DNA of 64,000 bases from Promethearchaeota archaeon (GTDB lineage Archaea > Asgardarchaeota > Lokiarchaeia > Sigyniarchaeales > SOKP01): assembly GCA_018238625.1 (NCBI GenBank), contig JABCSY010000001.1, positions 1 to 64,000 of the forward strand. Reading direction: 5' to 3'. This document shows, in pieces, positions 40,306 to 50,252 of the stretch. How positions within the stretch are numbered: the stretch's first letter is position 1; each line of letters opens with the position of its first letter. The notes under the pieces are model-generated. The model did no database searches and was not told the DNA's origin. It worked only from the letters and a program-made list of their open reading frames with translations. The position numbers and the translations under genes were made by a program.

Positions 40306-41811
40306 ATGAATGAAAAACTTAAACTATTAACATCTGATCTAACAGAAACAATAAAATGGTTTCAAGATCATCTAAAAAAGTCTGAGGCTTCTGTTCAGAT
40401 ATATACTCATTTAGATGCAGATGGGTTAACCTCTGGGGCAATTCTTGGGAAAGCTCTATATAGGGAAGATATTCCTTTTCAGATTTCTGTGTTAAAACAA
40501 TTAGAAAGAGAAGAAATTATTAAAATCGCAGAAAAAGTTCAAGACTATAATAATGTAGTAATTTTTTCTGATTTTGGTAGCGGACAATATTTAGAACTTG
40601 AGGATAAATTAAATAGTAATAGTATAAAAACGCCTTATATTATTTTAGATCACCATTTTCCCCAAAATATTTCAGATAAGAATGACAAAAAAATTAAAGA
40701 TATTTATAAAAATTCGAAACCTTGGCATATCAATCCTTATTTTTATGAAATTGATGGTAGTAAAGAAATTTCTGGAGCAGGAATTTGTTACTTCTTCGCT
40801 AAAACATTAAATAAGAATAATATAGATCTGTCTCCAACAGCACTTATAGGAGCAACGGGTGATGTTCAAAATCGGGGACCTAATAATTCTTTTACCGGAT
40901 TAAATTCTATTATTTTAGAAGATGCCGTTAAGGTAGATTTAGTCGAAAAGGTAAATGACTTGAATTTTTCTCCTATTAAACCTCTAAACGAAGCAATAGC
41001 TTACTCCGGCGATATTAATTTACCAGGATTAAGTGGAAATACGAGTAAAATGTTAAAATTCTTACAAACTTTAGGAATTTTAATGGAAAAATCAGATGGA
41101 GATATAAGAACTTTAAATGATTTTAACCAAGAAGAAAAACAGAAGGTTTCTTCTGCCATAATTAGGTATGTATCTCTTAAACTCGATGTTGAGCCTTCTG
41201 AAATTATAAATAAGCTTATTATTAATAGGTATATATTAAAAAATGAATTAGTTGGTTCTGAATTACACGATTTAAAAGAATTTTCCTATCTTTTAAATTC
41301 ATGTGGGAGAAGTCACAATGGATCGTTAGGAATCGCTATTGCAATGGGCGATAGAAAAATTGCTTATAAGAAAGCAAGAGAGCATTTAATAGAGTATAAG
41401 AAATCTTTAGCCCAAGCATTATCATGGATACACGATGAAAATAAAATTCAACTCAAAGAACACATCCAATTTTTTTTTGGAGAAGAAGTTATACCAGAAG
41501 CTATTATCGGTACAATTGCCTCTATGTTAATGTTTAGCAAAAGCGATATAATAGATAAATCAAAACCTATTTTTGGGTGTGCCAAAAGAAAAGAGGAGGA
41601 TGTATATAAAATATCGAGTAGGGCGAACGATAATATTGTGAAAAAAGGGGTAAACCTTTCAGAGGCGATCAGAGAAGCACTAAAACTTTCAAATTTAGAC
41701 GCATTAGGCGGAGGTCATCCGCCAGCTGCGGGTACAATAGTTCCAGTTGATAAAATTGATACTTTTTTAGAAAATTGTAATAAAATAATTAAAAAACAAC
41801 TACAAGAATAA
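40306..41811 (+). CDS. RecJ-like DHH/DHHA1 phosphoesterase (GAN/Cdc45-related)
   Basis: HLDADG, SDFGSG, LDHH, GATGDVQ, LNSCGR and GGGHPPAAG motifs. Confidence 0.9.
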   Translation: MNEKLKLLTSDLTETIKWFQDHLKKSEASVQIYTHLDADGLTSGAILGKALYREDIPFQISVLKQLEREEIIKIAEKVQDYNNVVIFSDFGSGQYLELEDKLNSNSIKTPYIILDHHFPQNISDKNDKKIKDIYKNSKPWHINPYFYEIDGSKEISGAGICYFFAKTLNKNNIDLSPTALIGATGDVQNRGPNNSFTGLNSIILEDAVKVDLVEKVNDLNFSPIKPLNEAIAYSGDINLPGLSGNTSKMLKFLQTLGILMEKSDGDIRTLNDFNQEEKQKVSSAIIRYVSLKLDVEPSEIINKLIINRYILKNELVGSELHDLKEFSYLLNSCGRSHNGSLGIAIAMGDRKIAYKKAREHLIEYKKSLAQALSWIHDENKIQLKEHIQFFFGEEVIPEAIIGTIASMLMFSKSDIIDKSKPIFGCAKRKEEDVYKISSRANDNIVKKGVNLSEAIREALKLSNLDALGGGHPPAAGTIVPVDKIDTFLENCNKIIKKQLQE

Positions 41812-41839
41812 AGAGATTGTTCCTTTAATTTATGTTTTT

Positions 41840-43159
41840 CTATATCTTATAAGTTTCACCGATTTCAGGAGCAACTGAATTAAAACCTTTGTCTGACAAA
41901 TCGTAAGCAAATGATGTTGTTGATTTTGCATCTCCATGCATACAAAAAATAAATTTAGAATCGTTTTGAAACTTTAAATCTTCGATATATCTGTGTAAAT
42001 GAATTTTATCAGCGTGGCTAGAAAAATCATAATAATCTACATTACATTTTGCCTTGATAAAAATATCTCTAGTACGATAATTCCTACTATTGCTTTCTTT
42101 AAACTCGAAAATTCTTTCGTCAATTAATTTTCTTCCAGGAGTCCCTTCGACTTGATATCCCACAAGAAAAACAGCTGAGCTTGGGTCATTTAAGATTGAG
42201 CCGATATATTCAAGAGCTGCACCCCCCTTTAACATACCTGATGGAGATATGATTAAACCATCTGATCTCTTTTTAGCATTCTTTCTTTTTTCTTTAGATG
42301 TTATTAATTGAGCTTTTTTAAAAGCAGACTTATATTCAGCAAAATTTTTAAAAGAATTAGGAAATTGAGCGTACTCTATCGAAACTTTTCTTGCTAAACC
42401 ATCAAGAAATACTTCACTTTTAAAATTGTATTTTTGCAAAACTAACAAGATTTCTTGTGAGCGAGCAACCCCAAAAGCAGGAACGAGAACCTTTCCGCCG
42501 TTTTCGATAATATTTAGGGTATCATCAGTAAATCTTTTTTCAAGTTCCGCTCTTATAGGATGTTCTCTTAAAGAATACGTGGATTCCGTAATTAAAGCAT
42601 CAATTTCAGGCAATTTAGAAGGTTCAGCGGGAGAAACTAGGTTCGTTTCTTGAGTATTGATATCTCCCGTGTAAAGAATTCTCTTATTATCGACTTCTAC
42701 TAATATGGATACGCTACCAGGAATGTGTCCTGCGTCGTAAAATGTAATATAGAAATTATCGTCAATCTTCTGACGGACTCCGTTGCTAAGAAAAGAAGCG
42801 TTTTTAATTGTTTTTTGTAACTCTTTATACCCGAACGGGTAAGGATAATTGGAGATTTTAATCGTGTCTTTTATCAATATCTCTGACATTCTAAGCGTTA
42901 GAGGGTTGGTAAAGAGGGGAATGTCTTTGTTTTTAAATAAAAAAGGTAAAGCTCCAGAATGATCTACATGACAATGAGACAACGCAATAGCTTTAAGATT
43001 GCTAAAATCTCCATCTAAAGGTAATCTCTCTTCGCCCTTGAATCTAATGCCATAATCTAAAATACATTGTGCTCCATTTTTTGACTCAATTAGGACTGCT
43101 GACCTTCCTACTTCCCTACATCCCCCAAGAAATTTTATAACTGGCATTTGTGTCCTCAT
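41840..43159 (-). CDS. MBL-fold beta-CASP ribonuclease (aCPSF-like, no KH domains)
   Basis: GGCREVGRS, SHCHVDHSG, AGHIPGS, YTGD, TESTY, VGYQVEGTPGR, FSSHAD and HGD motifs. Confidence 0.92.
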   Translation of the reverse strand: MRTQMPVIKFLGGCREVGRSAVLIESKNGAQCILDYGIRFKGEERLPLDGDFSNLKAIALSHCHVDHSGALPFLFKNKDIPLFTNPLTLRMSEILIKDTIKISNYPYPFGYKELQKTIKNASFLSNGVRQKIDDNFYITFYDAGHIPGSVSILVEVDNKRILYTGDINTQETNLVSPAEPSKLPEIDALITESTYSLREHPIRAELEKRFTDDTLNIIENGGKVLVPAFGVARSQEILLVLQKYNFKSEVFLDGLARKVSIEYAQFPNSFKNFAEYKSAFKKAQLITSKEKRKNAKKRSDGLIISPSGMLKGGAALEYIGSILNDPSSAVFLVGYQVEGTPGRKLIDERIFEFKESNSRNYRTRDIFIKAKCNVDYYDFSSHADKIHLHRYIEDLKFQNDSKFIFCMHGDAKSTTSFAYDLSDKGFNSVAPEIGETYKI

Positions 43160-43261
43160 TTAGGAAAATTAAAAAAAAATATGATCCTTATTGAATAGAT
43201 TAAATTAGCATAAACTTTCAAAAAATTTCAATCTTCTGATTATTTAAAAAAAAGGAAGTAG

Positions 43262-44020
43262 TTATTTTATTTTCTTTATCGCATTTGTCAATAAAGCGAT
43301 AACATTATGAACATTTTTACCAAAGATTTCTAAGATATCATCCCAAGTTACAGGAGCTTCGTCATCTTTCCAGCAGTCATAATCTGTAGACATAGCTACA
43401 GCAGCATATGGAATTCCGGCTTCGTTTGCTAAAATTGTTTCAGGAGCTATACTCATATTTATTACATCAGCACCCCAGATTCTAAACATTTCAGATTCTG
43501 CTCTAGTCGAAAATCTAGGCCCTTCGATTGTAACCACAGTTCCTTTCTCATGATATTTGAGATTGAGTTCCTTAGAAGTTTCAATAAGAATCTTTCTTAA
43601 ATCTTCCGAATAGGGATAAGCCATTGCTGTGTGTTTAGCAGCACCTGGAGGAAATTCATCAAAAAAACTTACTTTTCTTAACCTCGTAAAATCAATAAAT
43701 TGATCAAGAATAATGAAATCGCCTCTTCCTATCTCTTCTCTCAAACTACCGCAAGCTGTTGTAGCTAAGATGTGAGTACATCCTTGATCTTTCAATGCTT
43801 GTATGTTAGCTCTATAATTTACCTGTGTTGGGGGAATTGTGTGCTCTCTCCCGTGTCTTGCTACGAGAACAATTTCAACATCGTTAATTTTCCCTAATTT
43901 TAGAGGTGAAGTTGGTTTTCCATATGGTGTACTAACTTCTATTTCTTTTACATCTTTTAAAATGTCTGGATTATCTAATCCAGAACCTCCTATTATTCCG
44001 ATTTTAACCATTTTACTCAC
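43262..44020 (-). CDS. mtnP: S-methyl-5'-thioadenosine phosphorylase
   Basis: IGIIGGSG, TPYG, ARHG, VNYRANI, TTACGSL, EGPRFSTRAES and TDYDCW motifs. Confidence 0.93.
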   Translation of the reverse strand: MSKMVKIGIIGGSGLDNPDILKDVKEIEVSTPYGKPTSPLKLGKINDVEIVLVARHGREHTIPPTQVNYRANIQALKDQGCTHILATTACGSLREEIGRGDFIILDQFIDFTRLRKVSFFDEFPPGAAKHTAMAYPYSEDLRKILIETSKELNLKYHEKGTVVTIEGPRFSTRAESEMFRIWGADVINMSIAPETILANEAGIPYAAVAMSTDYDCWKDDEAPVTWDDILEIFGKNVHNVIALLTNAIKKIK

Positions 44021-44110
44021 TATACTAAATTCTTAAAATATAATTTTTATAATATTTAAAATTGTTCAAATTTTATTTTATTTTGTTTAATAAAATAAAA
44101 ACTAAGTGAA

Positions 44111-44980
44111 ATGATTATGAAAGAAAAAGAAAGGACAGTTGATTTGGCAATAATAGGAGGGACTGGTTCTAATGTCACTCTTGATAATTTAGAAGAAGTA
44201 AAAGTCTATACCCCTTATGGTAGTACCTCAGCAGCGATAGCAATAGGTGATTTTAATGGGAAAAAGATTGCCTATATTCCTCGACATGGCATAGATCATT
44301 CAATTCCTCCTCATAGGATAAATTTCAGAGCAAATATATGGGCTTTAAAAAAATTAGGTGTAAAATTCATCATATCTCCATCAGCTGTTGGATCGTTAAA
44401 AAAAAAGCACAATAAAGAGAAATTTATCTTAGTAGACCAATATATTGACAGAACTAAAAAAAGAGTTGATACCTTTTATGAAAACGGTCAATTATGTCAT
44501 ATTGGACAAGCTGATCCATATTGTGATTATTTAAATAGACTTTTCTTTGAAACAGGAAAAGAATTAAATTTAGACATTCAAAATGGAGGAGTTTACATTT
44601 GTATTGAAGGTCCAAGGTTTTCGACAAGAGCAGAATCAAAAATATTTCGCCAATGGGGAGGGGATATAGTAGGAATGACAAATTATCCCGAAGTTGTTCT
44701 TTCAGCAGAAAAAGAAATTTGTTATTGCTGTATTGCGATGGTTACCGATCTGGATGTGTGGGCAGGCGAGTGCTCAGAATGTGGTATTGTTGAATTTGCT
44801 CAAAAATGTGAAATTTGTGGTGGAACCGTAGATAAGCTATCTGTTAATGTGCCAGAAGTTATAGAAACGATGGGTAAAAATGTTGAAAATTTAAAGAAAT
44901 TACTTGAATTAACTATTCAAAAAATAGATATTGAAAGAGAATGTCCATGTCATCATTCTCTTACAGACGCTCTATTATAG
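44111..44980 (+). CDS. Second MTAP/PNP-family phosphorylase with a Cys4 insertion
   Basis: IIGGTG, PRHG, INFRANIWAL, SAVGSL, EGPRFSTRAES and TDLDVW motifs, then CSEC-x9-CEIC. Confidence 0.88.
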   Translation: MIMKEKERTVDLAIIGGTGSNVTLDNLEEVKVYTPYGSTSAAIAIGDFNGKKIAYIPRHGIDHSIPPHRINFRANIWALKKLGVKFIISPSAVGSLKKKHNKEKFILVDQYIDRTKKRVDTFYENGQLCHIGQADPYCDYLNRLFFETGKELNLDIQNGGVYICIEGPRFSTRAESKIFRQWGGDIVGMTNYPEVVLSAEKEICYCCIAMVTDLDVWAGECSECGIVEFAQKCEICGGTVDKLSVNVPEVIETMGKNVENLKKLLELTIQKIDIERECPCHHSLTDALL

Positions 44981-45014
44981 TATTGTAAAATAAGGTTATT
45001 TATTATTATTATTA

Positions 45015-46451
45015 TTATTCTTTTAGCACTGGATTTCTTGCGGCAATTACTGCGTCTAATCGTCCAATTGACGTGTTATGTGGCGCTGTTTTCAGGAGTT
45101 CTGGTTTATTTAACGCTTCCTCGTAAACCTTCAGCATTGCTTCGATGAATTTATCTAAGGAATGTTTGGATTCTGTTTCTGTCGGTTCAATCATTATTGC
45201 TCCATTTACAATTAAGGGGAAATAAATAGTTGGAGCGTAATAACCATAATCAAGAATTCTTTTAGCAACATCTTCAGTTGTAATATCGTTTGGTAAGTTT
45301 TTATCTGATAAAACAAATTCGTGTTGACACATGCGGTTATAGGGAAGGTCAAATTTCTTTTGTAGCAAGCATTTTAGGTAGTTAGCGTTTAAAACGGCTA
45401 TCTGGCCAACCCGTTTTAACCCATCTGCACCTAAAGAGAGTATATAAGTATATGCCCTTAAGATTATCCCAAAATTACCCCAAAAAGCTTTAATTCGGCC
45501 TATTGATTTATCATTATTCTGTTCGCAAACAATACCTCCATCAGTCGAAATTATACAGGGTTTTGGTAAAAATGGGATAAGTTCATTTATAACACCAATA
45601 GGGCCAGAACCAGGCCCTCCACCACCGTGAGGGGTTGAAAAAGTTTTATGTAAATTCAAATGAACTATATCAAAACCCATATCTCTGGGCCGACAAATTC
45701 CTAACATAGGGTTTAGATTTGCTCCATCGTAATAACATAATCCCCCATGCTTGTGGATGATTCTAGTTATATCTTTAATTTGCCTATCAAAAACACCTAA
45801 GGTGTTAGGATTTGTTAACATGATTCCTGCTACATCACCTTGTTCCATTGCAAATTCAAGATGGTCTAGTGGAACTTCACCGTATTCGTTTGATTGTAAT
45901 TCAATAATTGAAAACCCCGCCATTTTCGCCGACGCAGGGTTAGTGCCGTGAGCCGAATCTGGAACTATAATTTTATCTTTGATAATCCCTTTAGTCTCGA
46001 AATATTTTTTTATTATTAACAAACCAACTAATTCTCCATGCGCTCCAGCTGCAGGTTGTAATGTAAATCCGTCCATACCAGTAATTTCACCTAACGCTAT
46101 TGAAATATTGTATAGTAATTCAAGTGAACCTTCACTTTCATCCTGAAGTGGATGTATTTGCGAAAATTCATTCAATCGTACTGCTATCTCGTTAATTTTT
46201 GGGTTATACTTCATGGTACAAGAGCCTAACGGATAAATTCCGGAATCTACACCGTAGTTTATCGTGCTTAATTTAACATAATGGCGAACTATCTCAACCT
46301 CAGGAACGTCTGGAATTGGAAGTATCTCTCTTAAGAGATTTTCGGGAATGAAGTCCTCAAGTTTTTCTACTTTAATATCTATTTTTGGTATAAAGTTTTT
46401 TTGGGCGCGGTCAACCCCTTTTTCAAAAATCAAAGAATTATTATTATTCAT
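45015..46451 (-). CDS. gcvPB: Glycine dehydrogenase (decarboxylating) subunit 2
   Basis: YPLGSCTMKYNP, PDSAHGTNPAS, HKTFSTPHGGGGPG and MIEPTETE motifs. ATG 46451 chosen because the track start at 46511 overlaps gcvPA. Confidence 0.95.
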   Translation of the reverse strand: MNNNNSLIFEKGVDRAQKNFIPKIDIKVEKLEDFIPENLLREILPIPDVPEVEIVRHYVKLSTINYGVDSGIYPLGSCTMKYNPKINEIAVRLNEFSQIHPLQDESEGSLELLYNISIALGEITGMDGFTLQPAAGAHGELVGLLIIKKYFETKGIIKDKIIVPDSAHGTNPASAKMAGFSIIELQSNEYGEVPLDHLEFAMEQGDVAGIMLTNPNTLGVFDRQIKDITRIIHKHGGLCYYDGANLNPMLGICRPRDMGFDIVHLNLHKTFSTPHGGGGPGSGPIGVINELIPFLPKPCIISTDGGIVCEQNNDKSIGRIKAFWGNFGIILRAYTYILSLGADGLKRVGQIAVLNANYLKCLLQKKFDLPYNRMCQHEFVLSDKNLPNDITTEDVAKRILDYGYYAPTIYFPLIVNGAIMIEPTETESKHSLDKFIEAMLKVYEEALNKPELLKTAPHNTSIGRLDAVIAARNPVLKE

Positions 46452-47802
46452 TTTTTTTTCCCTCCTTTTTGTTATATAGAGCATTCTTAGCCGCATTGAT
46501 AAACTTTTCAATTGATTCGCGAGAATTCATTTCTGTCACACACACTAAAACTATGTTCTCCAAATTTGGAAAATACTTTGAGAGACGAAGGGGAGGGAGC
46601 AAGTTTAATTGCTTGCACTCATGAGTAAAAGCATCAACATCTGGACATTTTACAATAAATTCGTTGTAAGTTGGTTTTTTGTTTAAAATTTCGTAACCAG
46701 GAATTTCGGTTAGTTTGTTTTTAACATAATTAGCTTTTTGAAAGTTTTGGGTTGCGATTTCGCGCAATCCTGTTTTTCCTAAAGATATAATATATATTAA
46801 GGCAGATAATGAACATAATGCTTGGTTTGTGCATATATTTGAACTCGCTTTTTCTCTTCTTATATGTTGTTCACGGGCTTGTAACGTTAGTAAAAATCCC
46901 TCGCGTTCGCCGTTGATTTCCTTTGTTTTGCCAACCAACCTACCGGGCATTTTTCTCAAATATTTTTTCTTTGCTGCAAAAATACCTAATCCAGGACCGC
47001 CAAATGAAGGACTAATTCCAAAAGACTGTCCTTCTGCTACAAATATATCTACATCAGTTTCCCCTGGTGGTTTCAGAACACCTAAACAGGTGGGGTCGGT
47101 CATACATTGTATCAATAAGCAATTAGGAACTTTTTCTTTCACCTTTTTTGCTAACAACGATATATCTTCAATGTCTCCAAAGAAATTTGGACTCTGAAAT
47201 AAAACAGCTGCAATATCTTTGTTTAACTCGTCTATTAATTCATTTTCAGCGATAATTCTAAGATCGATTCCTTGTCCCCAACAATAAGTCTTGACAACTT
47301 CAGAATATTCGGGATGAATGCCTTCTAATAATAATAGACTGTTTTTCCTTGTTATTATAGTTGCCATAATAGCTGCTTCCGCAAGAGCAGTAGATCCATC
47401 GTACATACTCGCATTAGCAACATCCATCTGAGTTAGTCGAGAAATTACGCTTTGATATTCATAGATCGCTTGTAAAAACCCTTGACTAGCTTCTGCTTGA
47501 TAGGGGGTGTATGAAGTATAGAACTCTGTACGACTTATTACAAAATCAACTAAAGAAGGGATGTAATGAAAATAATAACCTGCTCCCAAAAAGGAATTAG
47601 AATAAACTTTGTTCTTTTGAGAAAGTTCTTTTAAGTTTTTCAGAACATCTGGTTCGGATAAGCCTAAAGGTAAATTTAAACTGTTAATAATTAAATCTTT
47701 AGGAATATCTTGAAATAATTCTTCTAAATTATTAACGCCAATAACTTTAAGCATTTCAGTAATAGCTTTATCGTCATGAGGAATAAAATCCAAATTAATC
47801 AA
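46444..47802 (-). CDS. gcvPA: Glycine dehydrogenase (decarboxylating) subunit 1
   Basis: YTSYTPYQAEASQG, NASMYDG, FGGPGLG and REQHIRREKASSNICTNQ motifs. Confidence 0.96.
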   Translation of the reverse strand: MINLDFIPHDDKAITEMLKVIGVNNLEELFQDIPKDLIINSLNLPLGLSEPDVLKNLKELSQKNKVYSNSFLGAGYYFHYIPSLVDFVISRTEFYTSYTPYQAEASQGFLQAIYEYQSVISRLTQMDVANASMYDGSTALAEAAIMATIITRKNSLLLLEGIHPEYSEVVKTYCWGQGIDLRIIAENELIDELNKDIAAVLFQSPNFFGDIEDISLLAKKVKEKVPNCLLIQCMTDPTCLGVLKPPGETDVDIFVAEGQSFGISPSFGGPGLGIFAAKKKYLRKMPGRLVGKTKEINGEREGFLLTLQAREQHIRREKASSNICTNQALCSLSALIYIISLGKTGLREIATQNFQKANYVKNKLTEIPGYEILNKKPTYNEFIVKCPDVDAFTHECKQLNLLPPLRLSKYFPNLENIVLVCVTEMNSRESIEKFINAAKNALYNKKEGKKNE

Positions 47803-47852
47803 CTCATACTTCTAAAATTTTAAGAAATAAAATTAAAAATTGGAAAAAAAGT

Positions 47853-48248
47853 TTATTTATTCTCTTCTTCTACTATTTTTTTATAATCTTCAACGGATAA
47901 AAGTTTGTTAATTTCGCTACTATTTGAAAGCTTTATCTTCATCATCCAACCAGTCCCATAAGGGGAAGAATTAATTGATTCGGGGCTTTCTATTATAATA
48001 GCGTTAACTTCAACGATTTCTCCGGATAATGGCATCAGAATTTCTCCAACGGCCTTAACAGATTCAATTTCACCAGCACTACTTTCTTTTTCTAGCATTC
48101 TTCCTATTTCGGGTAATTCAACATAAACTATATCGCCTAATTGATGCTGAGCAAAATCGGTAATGCCTATAGTAGCCGTATCGCCTTCAATTCGCACCCA
48201 TTCATGTGACTTCATATATTTTAAATCATCAGGAAATTCGTATTCCAT
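47853..48248 (-). CDS. gcvH: Glycine cleavage system H protein
   Basis: SHEWV, GITDFAQHQLGDIVYV and lipoyl-site ESVKA motifs. Confidence 0.97.
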   Translation of the reverse strand: MEYEFPDDLKYMKSHEWVRIEGDTATIGITDFAQHQLGDIVYVELPEIGRMLEKESSAGEIESVKAVGEILMPLSGEIVEVNAIIIESPESINSSPYGTGWMMKIKLSNSSEINKLLSVEDYKKIVEEENK

Positions 48249-48276
48249 AATTTTTCACTTTTTCTTTGTTGTATAA

Positions 48277-49371
48277 TCACACATTTCTATAAAACGGTGT
48301 AGCAACTACTTTTCCTCTCAAGAACTTATTGCGAATTTCAATTTCAAATTCCGTTCCTACTTCGCTATATTGTTTTTCAACAAGGCCTAAACCAATTGTT
48401 TTCTTAAGTGTAGGTGAATATCCTCCTGAAGTAACGAATCCAATTTCATTACCATTTTTAAAAATTTTATAATGCTCTCTAATAATACCTCTATCCAACA
48501 AATTCAACCCAACAATAGTTAGATCTGTTCCTTCAGATTTTTGTTTTAATAAAGTTTCTTTTCCAATATAATCAATACCCTCTTTAGGTTTGACGAGCCA
48601 AAAAAGTCCTGCTTCAATAGGCGTGATTGAGTCGCTAATTTCGTGACCATATAACGAGTAGGTTGCTTCTAATCTCAACGAATCTCGCGCCCCTAAACCT
48701 GCTGCTGAGGCTCCAGTTTTAATTAAATCATTCCATATTTTCTCAGCATATTTATTATCAAATGAAATTTCAAATCCTCGTTCACCAGTATATCCGGTTC
48801 TAGCTATAAATATTGGAGCCCCGTTTAACATAGTGTGAGCAAAATAAAACCTATTTATCGAAGATAAATCAACATCCACTAATGGTTGGAGATATTCGTC
48901 GGATTTTGGACCTTGAAACGCTAAACGACATCTTTTTGAGGATAAATTAGTAATTTTAACATCTTTACTTCCAATATGCTCGTTTAACCATTGAAAATCT
49001 TTTTCGACATTGCCAGCGTTAACGATCATTCTAAATCGCTCAGGTTCTTCCTCGTAATAAACAAGATCGTCAACAACAGTCCCATTTTCATAACACATAC
49101 ATGAATATTGTCCTTTTGTGGGTTCTAGTAGCTTTAAATCGTTAATCATTACATATTGAAGAAAGGATATTACATCTTTCCCTTCTAACAGGAATTCCCC
49201 CATATGTGAAACATCAAATATACCCGCTTTATTGCGTACCGCTTCGTGTTCTTTTATAATGCTTTCGTACTGCACTGGCATACTAAAACCAGCAAAGTCA
49301 ACCATCCTTGCTCCTAAATTCACGTGAATATTATAAAATGGAGTCTTTTTCAGTTCTTGAATCAAATCCAC
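48277..49371 (-). CDS. gcvT: Glycine cleavage system aminomethyltransferase T
   Basis: FAGFSMPVQY, FDVSHMGE, RTGYTGERGFE and GLGARDSLRLEA motifs. Confidence 0.97.
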   Translation of the reverse strand: MDLIQELKKTPFYNIHVNLGARMVDFAGFSMPVQYESIIKEHEAVRNKAGIFDVSHMGEFLLEGKDVISFLQYVMINDLKLLEPTKGQYSCMCYENGTVVDDLVYYEEEPERFRMIVNAGNVEKDFQWLNEHIGSKDVKITNLSSKRCRLAFQGPKSDEYLQPLVDVDLSSINRFYFAHTMLNGAPIFIARTGYTGERGFEISFDNKYAEKIWNDLIKTGASAAGLGARDSLRLEATYSLYGHEISDSITPIEAGLFWLVKPKEGIDYIGKETLLKQKSEGTDLTIVGLNLLDRGIIREHYKIFKNGNEIGFVTSGGYSPTLKKTIGLGLVEKQYSEVGTEFEIEIRNKFLRGKVVATPFYRNV

Positions 49372-49494
49372 ACCTTGTAATGTGTTTATTTTAATACTGT
49401 GAGTATAAAGTACAGAGAATTATTTAAATTTTCAGCCTAAAAAATAAGGGTAATTATATGGGAAAAAAATGGGTGGATGTGTTTATTCCGTTTA

Positions 49495-50022
49495 CTATTC
49501 TTCAACAGCTACTTTAATCAGACTAATTATATCATAGCCTTCTAATTTGTCTCGACCATGTAAACTACCTGTAAGCTCAATAACAAATGCAATCCCCGTT
49601 ACGCTCCCACCTGCCTTTTCTATTAGATCGCAAGATGCTTTTGCAGTTCCTCCAGTTGCTAACAAATCATCAAACAATAACACTTTTTCACCTTCTTCTA
49701 TGGCATCCTTATGCATTTCAATAGTGTCAGTACCATATTCGAGTTCATATGTCTCACTAAATGTCTCAGCGGGTAGTTTTCCTGGTTTCCGTATCAATAC
49801 GAACCCAGCGCCCAATTTATACGCTAAAACTCCGCCCCACACGTAACCTCTAGCTTCGACAGCACAAACTTTCTTGATTCCTTTGTCTTTGAAATGATCT
49901 ATTAGTTTGTCACATGACTCCTTAAAAGAAGCGTGAACCTTACACAAAGTTGTGACGTCTTTAAATTGAATTCCTTTTATTGGAAAATCTGGGACATTCC
50001 TTATATAATCTTCTAAATTCAA
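49495..50022 (-). CDS. apt: Adenine phosphoribosyltransferase
   Basis: PDFPIKGIQFKD, EARG, RKPGKLP, LEYG and DDLLATGGT motifs. Confidence 0.96.
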   Translation of the reverse strand: MNLEDYIRNVPDFPIKGIQFKDVTTLCKVHASFKESCDKLIDHFKDKGIKKVCAVEARGYVWGGVLAYKLGAGFVLIRKPGKLPAETFSETYELEYGTDTIEMHKDAIEEGEKVLLFDDLLATGGTAKASCDLIEKAGGSVTGIAFVIELTGSLHGRDKLEGYDIISLIKVAVEE

Positions 50023-50252
50023 ATTCTTTCAATTCCTTTTATTGTTAGTTTAAAATATATTATTATTTAAATTAATTAAAAATTATATTTAATTGAATCA
50101 TCCATGCAATTAAAATCTAATAAATCGTATAATAATTAGAAAAAATTAAATAAACATTAATTTATAAAAAATATATTAGACGATTAATTATTTTTAAGAT
50201 TAAATCAATCGTCGCAATATTTTGAACATTAAAAGTATAACGGTGAAATAAA

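Noticed and set aside
46452-46511. N-terminal 20 aa of GcvPB in the ORF track
   Set aside because: It overlaps the gcvPA 3' end. The ATG at 46451, preceded by a GGAGG SD-like motif, is the more plausible start.
50238-50246. TGA readthrough as an explanation for the missing start of the Rag-like GTPase
   Set aside because: An in-frame TAA at 50238 lies two codons further upstream with no start codon in between.
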